Source of the DNA: Mobula hypostoma
Taxonomy: Eukaryota
Direction of reading: 5' to 3'
Assembly: GCF_963921235.1 (NCBI RefSeq)
Contig: NC_086109.1
Coordinates: 13,146,001 to 13,210,000 of the forward strand
Length of the DNA stretch: 64,000 nt
The notes under the pieces are model-generated. The model was not told the DNA's origin. It made no database searches and saw only the letters and a list, made by a program, of their open reading frames with translations. Shown in pieces: positions 1 through 13,602 of the stretch. A program made the position numbers and the translations under genes. Numbering within the stretch: the first letter of the stretch is position 1; the number at the start of each line of letters is the position of its first letter.

Positions 1-37
1 GACAGAGTTTGAAACCAAGTAAGCAACCTGCTTTCAG

Positions 38-302
38 CTCTGTGTGTGTGGACACGTGTGGCTATGAATGTCTGTGTGTGTGGACACGTGTGGCTATGCA
101 TGTCTGTGTGTGTGTATGGACACATGTAGTTGTGCATATGTGTGTGTATGGTGTGTGTGAGTGTGGACTTGTGTGGTTGTGGTGTGTGTGCGCGCACACA
201 TGCTTGTGGACTATCGTGTGGCTGTGGTGTGTGTGTGTGCCCGTGTGTGTGTACTCTCTTGTGGTGTGTATGGCCATGTGTGTGCATGCACACATGTGTG
301 GA
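38..302. repeat. Imperfect (GT)-rich micro/minisatellite
   Basis: Repeated tgtgtgtggacac...gtggct units. Confidence 0.9.
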
Positions 303-703
303 TGCGTCAGCATATCGTTCGAGAAAACAGAGAAGCTTTATATTTATGAGGATGATCCATTCAATTTGTCTTATTCAGGTGAGAGTGGTTCTACCTTCCT
401 GTGATTACCAGCTAAAGGTTAGTGTTCCGCAGAACTGCCCGTGAGAGTGAATTTATAAACTGAATCTTCTACATTTGGGAGGAAATGTGCACTCACAGTT
501 TGTCTGCAGATGCTGTTACATACCAATATGACAGCTGTGTAAATGACAAGTGATTGCAGCAGGAAGCAGAAAAAAATGGTACACGTGTGTTTGCACTTGG
601 AGTGCTATTTTAACACGGCAGTGCTGTTTTATAAACTGTGGGCTCACGTCAGTGAAGTGAGTAAACTTTTAGGTCTTTTTAAAAGGAGAAAATCTGCACT
701 TAC

Positions 704-746
704 TTCATCTGTTTGACAATGGTGCTTTTTCCTGATTCACCAGCTC
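704..746 (-). CDS. GNAT2: Cone transducin alpha subunit, coding exon 2 (43 bp, P-loop)
   Basis: Minus strand reads tttcaatctttcag|GAGCTGGTGAATCAGGAAAAAGCACCATTGTCAAACAGATGAA|gtaagt = (G)AGESGKSTIVKQM(K). This is the canonical 43-nt Gi/Gt exon 2 and is in phase with exon 1. Exons 3 onward lie outside the window. Confidence 0.93.
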
Positions 747-2039
747 CTGAAAGATTGAAAAACAGTTGTAATTGTAAGGAGTAGTGGGCCAAAAGAAGTA
801 GAATGCCAAACAGCTACTCAACCATGTTATATCATTCAAAAAAATCATGGCATTTCTAACATTGGCCTCAGTTCAACTCTCCTGTCTGCTGTTTGTAATC
901 ATTGATTCCATAAGAATAAGAGATCTTTCTTGTTCTTGAATATATAAAGTAACTTAGCCTTCATAACCCCCTTGAGGTAGAGAATCAACCCCCTCTGAAA
1001 AATTAACCCTCTAATATTTCTGAGGGGGGGATGGGGAGGGGACTTCTCCTAAACTGCACCATGGATGGTCCCAAGCCTGGCTGTGAAAGGAGATGGGTTG
1101 GGTAAAAGGCTAGCAACTCCATTCCATAAAAATGCTGAGCTACAGAAACACCAACAGGAGATCCTAAGGCCTGTTCTCTGGGAGGGGAAGGACCTTCGCC
1201 TGGAAGAGGTACTCTATGAAGTCATGCGGTGAAAGCAGAAGACACAGGGCCAACGGGACTCAGGACATAGGACTCTGGTTAGCTGATGTTGGCTATGCCC
1301 CAGAAGGTGTAATGGGCTTAAGAAGAAGAAGGGGATTTTCTCCTCTTGAATGGACATTCTTATTCTGAAAAAATGTTCCCCTCTCCCCTCAGATCTAGGT
1401 TTCAAACCTCTCCCGCTCTCGGTCTCTCCACTGTCCCAAAGCCCTAGAATACACTCGGAAGGTTACGGGGTCCTTCATATACAATAAGAATTGCTGAGAT
1501 GAGAAACTGGCCAATGTGGTGAATTTGACACCTCTAAGAGATTGTATAAATTCCTGTCCTGAAAAAGAACGTGGTGGTAGCTTCGTTCACCGATTCTTCG
1601 AAATGCCCTATCGAAGTTGCAAAAGATCTCTGCCCTGAAACAGGAATTCGATTTCTCTTTACACTTATGCTACCCAACCAGCTGAGTGTTTGCAGCAAGT
1701 TTTGATTTTATTTCAGATTTCCGGTACTTGCAGCATTTTTAAAAATGTTTAATGCTGTGCATATTGACTTCTTGCTGTGCAGTCTGAGTTGCGATTTTTA
1801 AAAATATAGGTCTGTTTTCTAAAGTTAAGAGAGCATTTACAAGGAGGGTACAGGAAGAGTTGTGGACCATTGAATATCCAGAGTTCCGCCACCAGAGTCT
1901 GAACTACTCGAACAATGTGGCCAACCACCTAGAAAAGGAGCAAACTTCCAACAGTAAATAGGTGGTATCACCAATCTAACCAATCTTTAGGCTGAAAAAT
2001 AATCATCAGGGGTGCTCACTTCTGCCAATGGGCTGGCCA

Positions 2040-3075
2040 TCTCTGAATGATCCTGAATGTTTGTGGATGATACAAAAATAGGTAGAAGGGCAGGTAGTTT
2101 TGAGGAATAGAGAGGCCACAGAAGGACCTAGACAGATTAGGAGAATGGGCAAAGAAGTGGCAGATGGAATATAGTGTCGGGAAATGTATGATCATGCACA
2201 TTGGTAGAAGAAATAAAAGGATTGACTATTTTCTAAATGGAGAGAAAATACAAAAAAAACTGAAACGGAAAGGGTTTGAGAGTCCTCATGTCGGATTCTT
2301 TAAATGTTAACTTGCAGGTTGAATTTGTGGTGAGGAAGGCAAGTGCAATGTGAGCATTCACTTCAAGACATTTAGAATATAAAAGCAAGGATGTGACATT
2401 GAGACTTTATAAAGCACCGGTGAGGCCCCACTTGGAGAATTGTTTGGGCCCTTTACCTTGGAAAGGATGTACTGACACGGAAGAGGATTCAAAGGAGGTT
2501 CACGAAAATGATTCCAGGATTGAATGGCTTGTCATATGAAAAGCGTCTGATGGCTCTGGGCCTGTATTCACTAGAATTCAGAAGAATGAGGGGTGACATC
2601 ATTAAAACCTAACTGATGGTGAAAGGTCCTAATAGTCCTGACGAAGGGTCTCGGCCTGAAACGTCGACTGCACCTCTTCCTAGAGATGCTGCCTGGCCTG
2701 CTGCGTTCACCAGCAACTTTTATGTGTGTTGCTTTAATGGTGAAAGGCTTTGATAGAGCGGATGTGCAGAGGATGTTTCCTAAGGTGGGAGAGGCCAGGT
2801 CCAGAGGACACATCTTCAGAATAGAGGGGCATCCTTTCAGAACAGAGATCAAGAGGAATTTCTTTAGCCAGAGAGTAGTGAATCTGTGGAATTAGTTGCC
2901 ACAGGTGGATGTGGAGGTCAAGTCTTTAAGTATATTTAAGGCAGAGGTTGATAGATTCTTGATTGGTCAGGGTATGATAGGATACGGAGAGAAGGCAAGA
3001 AATTGGGGCCGAGAGGAAAATTGCATCAGCCGTAATGAAATGGTAGAGCAGACTCGATGGGCCAAATGGCCTAAT
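2040..3075 (+). mobile_element. CR1 LINE 3' fragment, decayed, interrupted by a Penelope-end fragment
   Basis: RNFFSQRVVNLWN motif and CR1 3' UTR (ggcctaattctgctcct...tatggtct). Confidence 0.85.
2634..2669 (+). ncRNA. Minimal hammerhead motif copy in a Penelope-end fragment (about 2627-2735) inserted in CR1
   Basis: Identical 36-mer to 25369-25404. The fragment is flanked by duplicated atggtgaaagg. Confidence 0.7.
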
Positions 3076-3782
3076 TCTGCTCCTGTATCTTATGGTCTGA
3101 TGGAACCAGAGGATAGACAAGCAAACCTTCAATGGTTTTTGAATATATTTGCGTAATGATACCAATTGTTCCATATAGCTCCAGAAGTTAACAATATTAT
3201 ACCAAGTCTGAAGAATCGCTATTGTGTGGGCATTGGGAATCAACAACCTTGCAGTATATTCAGGGACAGTCCAGTAGATATTGAAAAATGTTAGAATTAC
3301 TGCAAGAATTCCGTTAAATATCAGAACTGTCTCCTTGCACTGGTACTTAAAAATAATTAGCGGCCATCTGGAAATAGAAAGAATGAATTTTACAAAACCC
3401 TGGCAATAAACAGTGCAGTGGAGGGAACTTGTTTTTATTCGGTTTCCAAAGCCAAAGGTGGGAAGCAGGATGTCTAGACACTTGGGTTTAGTTTTCCTTA
3501 TTAGGATTCTCTTCCAAAATACTCTCTGACCGCGATCATCGTTGGAGACCGAATAACCTGTGTGTTCAAGAGCCCCTCTCTACTGTTTCAAACCAAGCCA
3601 TCTGAGGCGCAATATTACAGGGGCAGCTGTGTGTATAATCATCAGAAGCTAACGGCCAGTGCAGAGTACAATTACTTTGAATTAAAGAAAATATTTTAGA
3701 GAGCAGAAGTATAGAGCTTTGTACTCTGTCTTTATGTAGGTGATTGTTGCTTTAAAGGTCCAACCTTGCTTAACCATAGTGT

Positions 3783-3948
3783 AAACACGAGGAAATCTGC
3801 AGATGCTGGAATTTCAAGCGATACACATAAACATTGCTGGTGAATGCAGCAGGCCAGGCAGCATCTATAGGAAGAGGTACAGTTGACGGTACCTCTTCCT
3901 ATAGATGCTTCCTGGCCTGCTGCGTTCACCAGCCATTTTTATGTGTGC
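3783..3948. mobile_element. Short palindromic Penelope-end derivative
   Basis: Two inverted copies of the Penelope 3' terminus. Perfect 16-bp TSD tgcttaaccatagtgt at 3767-3782 and 3949-3964. Confidence 0.8.
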
Positions 3949-5569
3949 TGCTTAACCATAGTGTCATGTGATTAGGCCAAATGTTTGCGAAGGTTTCATG
4001 AGCCAATTTGGACTAGGTCTTGGAAAGTAATCTAGTGCTAGATTGAGCTCCTGTGCTGTGACGGTTTGGTTCTCACACAGTATCTGAATCTGATGCCCAT
4101 GAACTGAACTTCAGTAAGATTCTTTAACTGTAAGTTAAGTAAATGATCTCTAATGTTTGACAGTTAAATGTTAGAACCCCATCTTCCCCCTCCCATCTTT
4201 TCCATATTCTACGATCTTATTACTTATAATCTCCGTCAGCACTACAAGCATTTAAGATATCTCTGTTCCTCCAAATATCTCCTCTTTTGCAACCGTGATT
4301 ATAGTTGTCATTGCATGTTTTTTTTGCACCATGTTCTAATAGACAGCACAGTACAGGCCTTTCAACCCAGATTGTTGTGATGACCATTTTTTCTTACAGA
4401 AACATCTGCATGATGTGCTAGGGCACATCATCAGTGATGCTACCCGGGGTCGTCGGGTGTTTCGGGTCTTTCAACAGCATACACAAAACACCCAGGCAAC
4501 CCGACCGGGTTTGATCAGACCCCGGCCTGTGCCTTAGCAGTGACCCATGGATATAGCCTTCCATTTTTCTATCATCCATCTGCCTATCTAAGGACTTCTT
4601 AAATGCCCCTAATGTATCTGCCTCTCCCATCACCCACGCTAGGCGTTTCGTGCAACCAGCGCTCTCTGTGTTCTCTCTCTGTCTCTTCCTCCTCCTTTAG
4701 AGATATATGTATGAGAAGTCTACTCCTTTCCCTGTATTATAATCTCCTTCTGTGACCTGGTGCCAAGTTCTGTCTGTAAACATCTCTGCGAAGTTCCTGC
4801 AACAGGTTTTATTATGTAATCGGGGCTCTGTATAATACAAGTGCTACTTGTTAAGGTATGGTACTATATTAAAAGATATCAGAACATGAGGAAAAAAATT
4901 TATCGCTCCTCCTCTGCATGTTGGATTGTTTTCCAACCAATGAGACATTTTTTTTTAATGTACATGGAACTGAGATAGCAGATTTGTACGTAGCAAGCTC
5001 CCACAAACATCTTTGAAGCAATTAACCAGAAAACCTCCAATGTTGTGACAGACACAATACATAGTCAAAATAAACATACAAAACCACCTGTGAAGGCTCT
5101 TGGCCTGAGATGTTGACTGTTTATTCCTCTCTATAAACGCTGCCTGACCTGCAGAGCTCTTCCATCATCTTGTGCTTGATGCTTTGGATTTCTAGAAACC
5201 GCAGAATCTCTTGTCTATAAGAACATGTTCACCACCCCACCCCCGCCAATACACTTCTGCTCCCCTAACTCTCTCCGGCGCTCCTGTGCTCCCCTCAGCC
5301 CTCATGCTCCTCTGCTCTGCTCAGACTTCGGGCATTGCCTTGTAGAGTCACCCTAAATGCTCCTTCTCCACTTTGAACGATCATGTAGCAGGTATTGGTG
5401 GGCACGTTGCATTTCTTCAAGGAAGCTGTGAAAATCTCTCTGCTACCAATGGAAGAATCTGTTTTTTCCACAATCATTAACATCTCTTGTTGTGATTAAT
5501 ACAACACCAAGCTGTGGTAAAACTGTTATCCTGCTGTGTATTTTTCAGAAATAGCTGATAAAAATGTTC

Positions 5570-5825
5570 CCACGAGGAAATCTGCAGATGCTGGAATTTC
5601 AAGCAACACACATAAAAGTTGCTGGTGAATGCAGCAGGCCAGGCAGCGTCTCTAGAAAGAGGTACAGTCGACGTTTCGGGCCAAGACCCCTCGTCAGGAC
5701 TAACTGAAAGAAGAGCTAGTAAGTTAGTCCTGACGAAGGGTCTCGGCCCGAAACATCGACTGTACCTCTTCCTAGAGATGCTGCCTGGCCTGCTGCGTTC
5801 ACCAGCAACTTTTATGTTTGTTGGT
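5570..5825. mobile_element. Palindromic Penelope-end derivative with two inverted hammerhead motifs
   Basis: Inverted arms of about 105 bp around a short spacer, flanked by duplicated tgataaaaa(a)tgttcc. Confidence 0.8.
5666..5701 (-). ncRNA. Minimal hammerhead motif copy, sense to the GNAT2 pre-mRNA
   Basis: Minus strand reads AGTC-CTGACGA-GGGgtcttggCCC-GAAAC-GTC-GACT with an intact core. Confidence 0.7.
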
Positions 5826-6889
5826 TGATAAAAATGTTCCTGTTATTTTCCTCTCTTTCAGTTCCAAAAGTATCTTCCTAGTTATGGCACAGGTATAGTT
5901 AACTATCCTTGCTTATAAAAGGCTAGTATCCGAAGTGTTACATCTGTATCTTGGCAAATCACAAAGCCAAATTTCCACTCTTGTTTGGAGACTGGCCAAT
6001 TTATGACTCGACAAGGGAATACTGAGTTGAAGGAAGCACATCCAATAAAAACATAAGGCTCTCCTCTCTAAAATTAAGTATTTAGTTCGTATTGCCTGTA
6101 CAACATCAAATGTCATTTGATGGACAGCTACCAGCGTGTCCATCATGAAATTGTGAAAGAGAGGAGAACTTCCAGTAAACCCATCCCCCGCCTGTGGTGA
6201 AATCAGAATGGGTCATGTTTTGCAGTCAGTTGTGAAGCCATGGTGATTGTAACAGACCATGAAGGGAGACAAGCATGAAAATCTAGTGATTACTTTGCTA
6301 TGGTTTCCGTTTCCGTGACCACAGTTAATATTCTGACGGCTCCACAGAGTCTTGCAACATAAGCAGCCAATCACGTTGAAGAATTGTCACAAAATGTAGG
6401 GAGGAAAGGGATCATCCTTTTTTAGCAAACTTATTTTCAACCATGGAAATTAAGATTAGAACATGCACAGTGCAGAAGCAGGTGCAAAATCAGATGATCT
6501 TCTAAAATTTAAATACATTGGTTTAAAATTTCATAGAGATTCATAGATTTATATAGCACAGTTATAGGCCCATTTGTCCACTGAACCCTTGTCAATCATC
6601 CTGGACTCACTTACATGAATCCTACACTGACCTATTTATTATTCTCCCCAGACTCCCCCCCCCCCACCCCACCAATTCCCCTCAGAATCTACCACTAGGG
6701 ACATTGTACAGTGGGCAATTAAGCCACTAGCCCACACGTCTTTGGGATGTGGAGGAAATTGAAACATATTCAGCTATTATGTTTTCAAGTACTTATCTGA
6801 GGGAATTACACTCCACCTACTGCATAAAATATATTTTAAGAGATTTGTTAACAAAAATCATCACTTGCTATAGCATTAAGAATCCAGCC

Positions 6890-7370
6890 ACACTCTGAAA
6901 TCAAGTAGCTGCAATTCAATGGATAAAAGCATGCAGACATGGTCAAAAGGTTCAGTTGCTGCTCAGGCCAACCATCAAAATGGGGAAGGAATGTGTTCTA
7001 CAGTAAGTGACTTTGACTGTGGAATGATCATTGATGCCAGATAAAGTGGTTTGAATACCTCAGAAATTGCTGATCGCCTGGGATTTTCATGCACACCAGT
7101 CTCTAGAGAGTTGTGCAACAAGCATTCAGTGAGCAGCATTTCTGTAGGCAAAAACGCCTTGCTAATGAGAGAGGTCAGAGGAGAATGGCCAGACTGGTTC
7201 AAGCTGACAGGAAGGCAACAGGAACTTGAATAACCACACATTACAATAGTGATGTGCAGAAGAGCATATCTGAACGCTAAAGCTATCGAAACTTGAAGTA
7301 GCTGTGCTACAACATACACACAGCGCCCACTTTGTTAGGTACAGGAGACGACTAATAAACTGGCCACGGT
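6890..7370. mobile_element. Tc1-like non-autonomous element, same family in opposite orientation
   Basis: Reverse-complement similarity to 30900-31430 and 17990-18560. Confidence 0.6.
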
Positions 7371-10300
7371 GTGTTGTTTCTATCTTCTGTCTCTTGTATC
7401 TGAGGGTGTTCACTTTGCAGCCTTCCACCCTTATCCACTCTGCTCTGTTCTGACATTAAACCCTCCAATGTGACTACCTCATAACTACCACCTCAACGCG
7501 GAGGCGGTTAGGGGTGGACAATAAATGCTGGTATGGTCAATTATGTCTGCATCTAATAAGTTAATGACTTCAGTATCAGAGGTAGAATCAGGTTTAATAT
7601 CACCAGCATACGTTGTGAAATTTCTTAACCTTGTGGCAGCAGTTCAATGCAATACATGAAAGTATAGAAATAAACTGTGAATTACAATATGTAAGTACAA
7701 TTTTATATATATAAAATAGTTAAATTAAAAAAGTAGTGCAAAAATAGAAATAAAAGAAGTAGGGAGGTAGTGTTCATAGTTTCAATATCCATTTAGAAAC
7801 TGGATGGCAGAGGGAAAGAAGCTGTACCTGAATCACTGAGTGTGTGCCTTCAGGCTTCTGTACCTCCTTCCTGATGGTAACAGTGAGAAGAGGGCATGTC
7901 CTGGGTGGTGGAGGTCCTGAATGAGGCACACTGCCTTTCAGAGGCATTGCTCCTTGATACTACGGTGGCTAGTGCCTATGATGGAGCTGACTAATTTTAC
8001 TGTTCTCTGCAACTTATTTTGATCCTGTGCAGTAGCCTCTTACCCACGCCCCCCGCCCGCCGTACCAGATGATGATGCAGCCAGTCAGAATGTTCTGTAT
8101 AAATTTTTGAGTGTTTTAGGTGACATTCCAAACCTCCCCAAATTCTTAATGAAATATGTCGCTGTCTTGCCTTAAATAATGCAGCAAGATTAGAATGAAT
8201 CATTCACTGGGGATGATCAGTAATACGGTGTAATATAAAAACATTTGGAATGCCTCATTTTTTCTCACCATCTGTGTTTTTGATGCAAAATGCATGCCTT
8301 TCAAATTAATTTAATTTTTCATAGGAATTTTCCAGCAGTATAAAGCAAGCCAGACATTCCTGAAATTCAATGTCATTCACAACCTAAACTAATGTACAAA
8401 ATACTGATTTGCTCAGATTGCATTGGATTTAGTTGGCAACCAATCTCATTGATAGCTTGAAAACCTAGTGGGCTAGAAGAGGATTGATGGGTTATATGGC
8501 TTGCTAAAGTTTCCTACACTTTCTGATCAATATTTAAACAAGAAAAAGTCTTGGTGATATCAGTAGATCCTTAATATATCTGTATAAAATTCCTATAGAA
8601 GGAAAAATCTGATTTTAAACCTCCGCTGCCTTTGGCCACACCCACCTATGGGAAAGGCTTTGGGAGGAAACCCTGAGGAAGAAATCTGGAGCCGGGGTCC
8701 CTAAGGCAGTTTGATGTCGTTTACCACTTCACTCTGGCAACCTCTGCGACTACACTGGTGCCAAGCTGTATCGGCGCTTGCCCTTCCCTTGGACTACATC
8801 AGTGACGTGGAGAGGGGCAACCCACTGCATGGGTAACAGCTGGTTCCTCAAATCTCCCCGCCCAGGCTTGCGCCCTGGAGAGGGCTCAGTCCACTGGAGG
8901 CGCAAACCCACGATCCCCTGGGATCAACGGCTGCCTACCATTATAAAATTGCTTGTCCATTTTTAGTCTTTTATCTAACTCTGACAACTGGTTTGTTACC
9001 ACTGCCATATGTCATGAAATTTGTTGTTTTGTGGCAGCAGTACAGTGCAATACATAAAATATATTATAAATTACAATTAAATGAGGAGTGCAAAACAAGA
9101 GCAAAAATAGTGAGGTAGTGTTCAGGGGCTCATTGTTTGTTCAGAAAACTGGTAGTAGAAGGGAAGAAGCTGTTCCTAATAAATTTGGGTGTGTGTCTTC
9201 AGGCTCTTGTACCTCTTCTCTGATGCTAGTGATGAGAAGAGGATATGTCCTGGGTGGTGGGGGCCCTTAAAGATGAATACTGCTTTTTTGAGGCATTACC
9301 TTTTGACGATGTCCTCGATAGTGGGGAGGCTAGTATGAGGAATGCATCTTAATTTATATTGTTCTCAATCCTAATTTCTCAGTTATGATTGTTTGTTGCT
9401 CCCAGGTCGGCCCAAGCATTTTGGCCGAGATGTGGGCTTTCGACAACAAATGTTGAAAGGCTTCAACAGAGTAGATGTGGAGAGGATGCTTCCAATGGTG
9501 GGTGAGTGTAGGACCGGAGGGCATAGCCTCAGAATAGAGGGACGTCCATTTAGAATGGAGATGAGGAGGAAATTCTTTAGCCAGCGAGTGGTGAATCTAT
9601 GGAACTTATTGCCACAGGCAACTGTGGAGGCCAAGTCATTGGGTATATTTAAGGCACAGATTGATAGATTCTTGATTAGCCAGGGCATGAAGGGATACAG
9701 GGAGATGGCAGGAGATTGGGGCTGAGAAGGAAATGGATCAGCCATGATGAAATGGCAGAACAGACTCGATGAGCCAATCGGCCTAATTCTGCTCCTAAAA
9801 CTTAATGGTCTTGTGGTCTTTGTAGTGGCAATATGCAGAAATTTCCAGCGGGAGATGGACTGGACTGATAAGAATTGGGCCAGTGAGGGAGGGGTGTGTA
9901 CAGTCTCTGGGGGTCTGGCTACAGGTGATCTTTCAGGGACATGAGGAGAAATTCTTTGGGTGGTCTCTGTCAGGAAATATCTGTCTCCTTCAACGTTGTG
10001 CTTATGACAGAAGCGGATCTGAAGGAAAACTGAATGACAAACAGGCATTACAAAGCACTCCTCTTTGGCTTATCAGTGGTATTTACTGATTAAATGTTTA
10101 CTCCCATTCTGAGCTGGCAGGTTAAGCTCCTCATTCCCAGCAGAAATCCATTTAGCGGATGAGGAGCTGAGCTGACAGAGACAATATGCTGCCACAATCT
10201 CCCCTATAGCGCCTCTCACCACAAATCCCCCAGTTCCCTCAGATAACTCCTACTGCACAATCTGCTTCGGCTGCGATCAGTGTAACATAGTGGGACAGTG

Positions 10301-11229
10301 GAGCACTGCCGCCTTCAGAGGTCACACCATCTTAAATACACACATCAATGGTGGAGTGACCATGCTGCCTTCAAAGTTAGGCAGTAGGGAGGTTTGCTCC
10401 TGGCTGCACACAAAGTAAATGACCTCTGAAAATGTGCATGGCCTTCTGGTTTGTACGATCGGTACTTCTTTCTACTTTAGTCAGCTGCTGAGACAGGAAT
10501 GTTGCGTTCATTGTACAAATTATTTATTCTTAAGAAGGATCTGATCCTGGACTTTATAAATAAATCCACAGAGCAGAAAGACAAGGAAGTCATGAGACCA
10601 TAAGACATACAAACCGATTGAGGCCATTTGAATCTGCTCTGCCATTCCATCCTGGTTAATTTATTGTCACTCTCAACCCCATTCACCTGCCTTCTTCCTG
10701 AAACCCTTGTCACCTTTACTAGTCAAGAACCCATTAACTTCCAGTTCAAATATACCCAATGGCGGCCTCCACAGCCGCTGGTGGCAATGAATTTCACAAA
10801 TTCACCACCCTCTAGCTAAGGAAGTTCCTCCTCATCTCTGTTCCAAAGAAGCATCCTTCTATTTTGAGGCTGTGCCCTCTGGTCCTAGACTCCCCCTCTG
10901 AGGAGTGTTTATTGGCCTGAGAAGGTCAATAGTTTATTGTCATACACAAAAGTACATATATGTACTGGTGTAATGACTACTGAAATAATGCAATGAGTTC
11001 TGGATCCCAAAACTCAGGAAAGGTGAAAAGGCTTAAGAGAGGGTGCAGAAAATATATATCAAGATGGGGAGGGGTCAGTAGATGAAGATTAGATCCCAAT
11101 AAATGATCTGTGTGCAGAATTAGGTTCCTTCTTCTTCGGCCTTTTGCCTCTTCCACCTATCACCTCCCAGCTTCTTACTTCATCAAAGTTCAAAAAGTTC
11201 AGTAGTGCTACTAGGACTTGATGTTTCAA

Positions 11230-11835
11230 TCCCTATGGTAAGTTAGCACTCTTGATGTTGGCAGTGGGTTTGGAGTGGTGACAAGGAGGGAGGGTAGGTA
11301 CGTCATCGGGGTCATCAGGTGGGCACCCTCCTTCTTTGACTTTTCGTTGATAAGCCCACGACATCTCCAGAGGGCTCAGCGGTGCTACCTGGCGTCCCAG
11401 ATACACCCCCCTCAATTCCACACCCTCCTGTCTTCATCTTGCAGCCCAGTTGTTGTCTTTCCTTTTAATCCAAATCCAATTGCTGCATTCTTCTGCTGCA
11501 TTTGACAAGGACTTGATTGCTTGTTGGAGGGAGTGACCCCTCACCCCCATCTTCTTCAATAGACTGGTTGTAGATGTAGCAATGAATCCCCTGTATCCCA
11601 CTTCTACAGGGAAAATCTTGGTCTTCCAGCCATTCTGGGCAGCTTCAGTCGCCAGTTCAGAGCACTTGGTCTTTTTCCTCTCATAAGCTTCTTCGACACC
11701 ATCTTCCCATGGTACTGTCAATTCCACAACATATGCCAGCTTGGCTGTTGTGGACCACAGGACCATGTCTGGCCAGAGTGTTGTAGCCACAATGTCTGGG
11801 GGAAACACAAGCTTTTTTTCCCAAGTCCACATCCA
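11230..11835 (-). mobile_element. HERO/NeSL-like non-LTR retrotransposon 3' end (restriction-like endonuclease)
   Basis: TTL(W)PDMVLWS...VVELTVPWE...AYERKK...PVEVGYRGF is a PD-(D/E)xK REL domain, followed by a 3' UTR. Confidence 0.8.
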
Positions 11836-13329
11836 AAGTAAAATTATTATCAAAATACACACATGTCACCATATAGTACCTTGAAATTCATTTCCTTGTA
11901 GACATTTTCAGGAAGATAAAGAGATATAATAGAATATATGAAATATTAGACTAAACATCCAATGTGCAAAGGAGGAGAAATAGTCCAAATAATACATTTT
12001 AAAAATTATTCATCCCTCGTCCTATTGCACCCACATTCAGCCTCACCTATCACCTGCCAGCTTGTACGCTTTCCCCTCCTGCCACCACCTTATTCTGCCT
12101 TCTGCGCCCTTTTCTTTTAGTTCCTGACGAAGGTCTCGTCTCAAAACATTGACTGCTTATTCCCCTCCATAGACGCCGCCTGACTTGCTGAGCTCCTCCA
12201 GCGTTGTCTGTGCGTGTTGCTCTGGATTTCCAGCAACTGCAGAATCTCCTGTGCTTACTATTGTTACATGCCGACGTACAGTGAAATTCTTGCTCATACA
12301 GATCGATTCATTGCAACAGTGCATTGAGGTGGTACAGAATGCAGGATGAAGTGTTACAGTATTGGGAAAGTGTAGTGCAGGTGGAGAGTAAGGTGCGAGG
12401 TCGCGATGAGGTAGGTAGTGATGTCAAAAATCTATCTTATGACACTAGGGAATCATTCAATAGTCTTATAACAGCGGGATAGAAGCTGCCTTCCGTGCTT
12501 TTGTATGAGTTGAGAAGAGTGAATGCCTGAGGTGGGTGGGGTCTTTGTTTATGCCGACTGCTTTACTGAGGCAGTGAGAATTGTCGATAGCGTCCATAGA
12601 GAGGAGGAGGGTTTCTGTGATGTGTTGAGCTGTGTCTACAGTTTCATGTGGTCATATGCAGAGCAGTTGCCATACCAACCAATGATAAATCTGGATAGGA
12701 TGCTTTCGACAGTGCATTGATTAAAAACTGGTGATAGTCAAAGAGTATGTGCTAAATTTCTTTAACCTCCTGAGGCAGTAGAAGTGCTGGTGAGCTTTCT
12801 TGGTTGTGATGTCAGCGTGGTTGGATCAGGATAAGTTGTAAGTTGCTTGAAGCAGATTTATAAATCAAATTGAGGATGTATCATTACTACAGCAATACAT
12901 CACTAAACATTTCCTAGGGTAATTACCAAACGAAGGCATTGAGCCATGAACTGATATATTCGGATTGATGATCTACAGAGAGAGGTGCTAAGGATGAAGT
13001 TAAATGAAGAGGTGTCATTCTTGCAACAGGTATGTGTCATGATTGTTTCTGACGATAGACTAGGTTTGTAGCCAATGTACTTTAAACAGCAAGTTTCTTC
13101 AAATTCGCAACTATGATATTTATCGCACAACGAACTCGACAGAAGTCAACCTCCTGGTTATTATCACTTCTTTTTGCAAGATCACCTCCTGCAAATTAGC
13201 TACTGCTTTTTTCATGCTGCCACGGTAACAACTCCTCAAAAACACGTCATCACCATTTCGCAGAATGAAACAGCTTTAAAGTGATGGGAAGCAAACTCAG
13301 GGAAACGCTCTTTAGTTGTGGGTGCAGTG

Positions 13330-13560
13330 AAAGTGCAAGAAGGAAGCTAGGGACCCAGCATGAAGGAGATCCTTTGGTCTGCCTGAAACCTGGTGCTCCT
13401 CCAGCTCAGAGAGATATCCACAAGGGAACGCTGCAGGCTGGATCAGTCTAGGCTGCAGGAGTACGTGCTGAGGGACACACTGAACCTCAATTCAGCCAAC
13501 GCTAAGCATCTGTGCAAAAGTCGGCAGTCTTGATCCTTGTGCTACTGCATATGGTGGGGC
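13330..13560 (+). mobile_element. Tx1-clade LINE ORF2 C-terminal remnant
   Basis: Translates to approximately LWSA*NLVLLQ...CRL..SRLQEYVLRD.L, resembling the Tx1 ORF2 end. Confidence 0.5.
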
Positions 13561-13602
13561 TGAGTTGGGTGGGAGCAGCCCCTCGAACAATCAAAAGGTC
13601 TA

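Noticed and set aside
9..444. Overlapping Cys/Val- and His/Thr-rich ORFs
   Set aside because: Translations of the GT-rich satellite.
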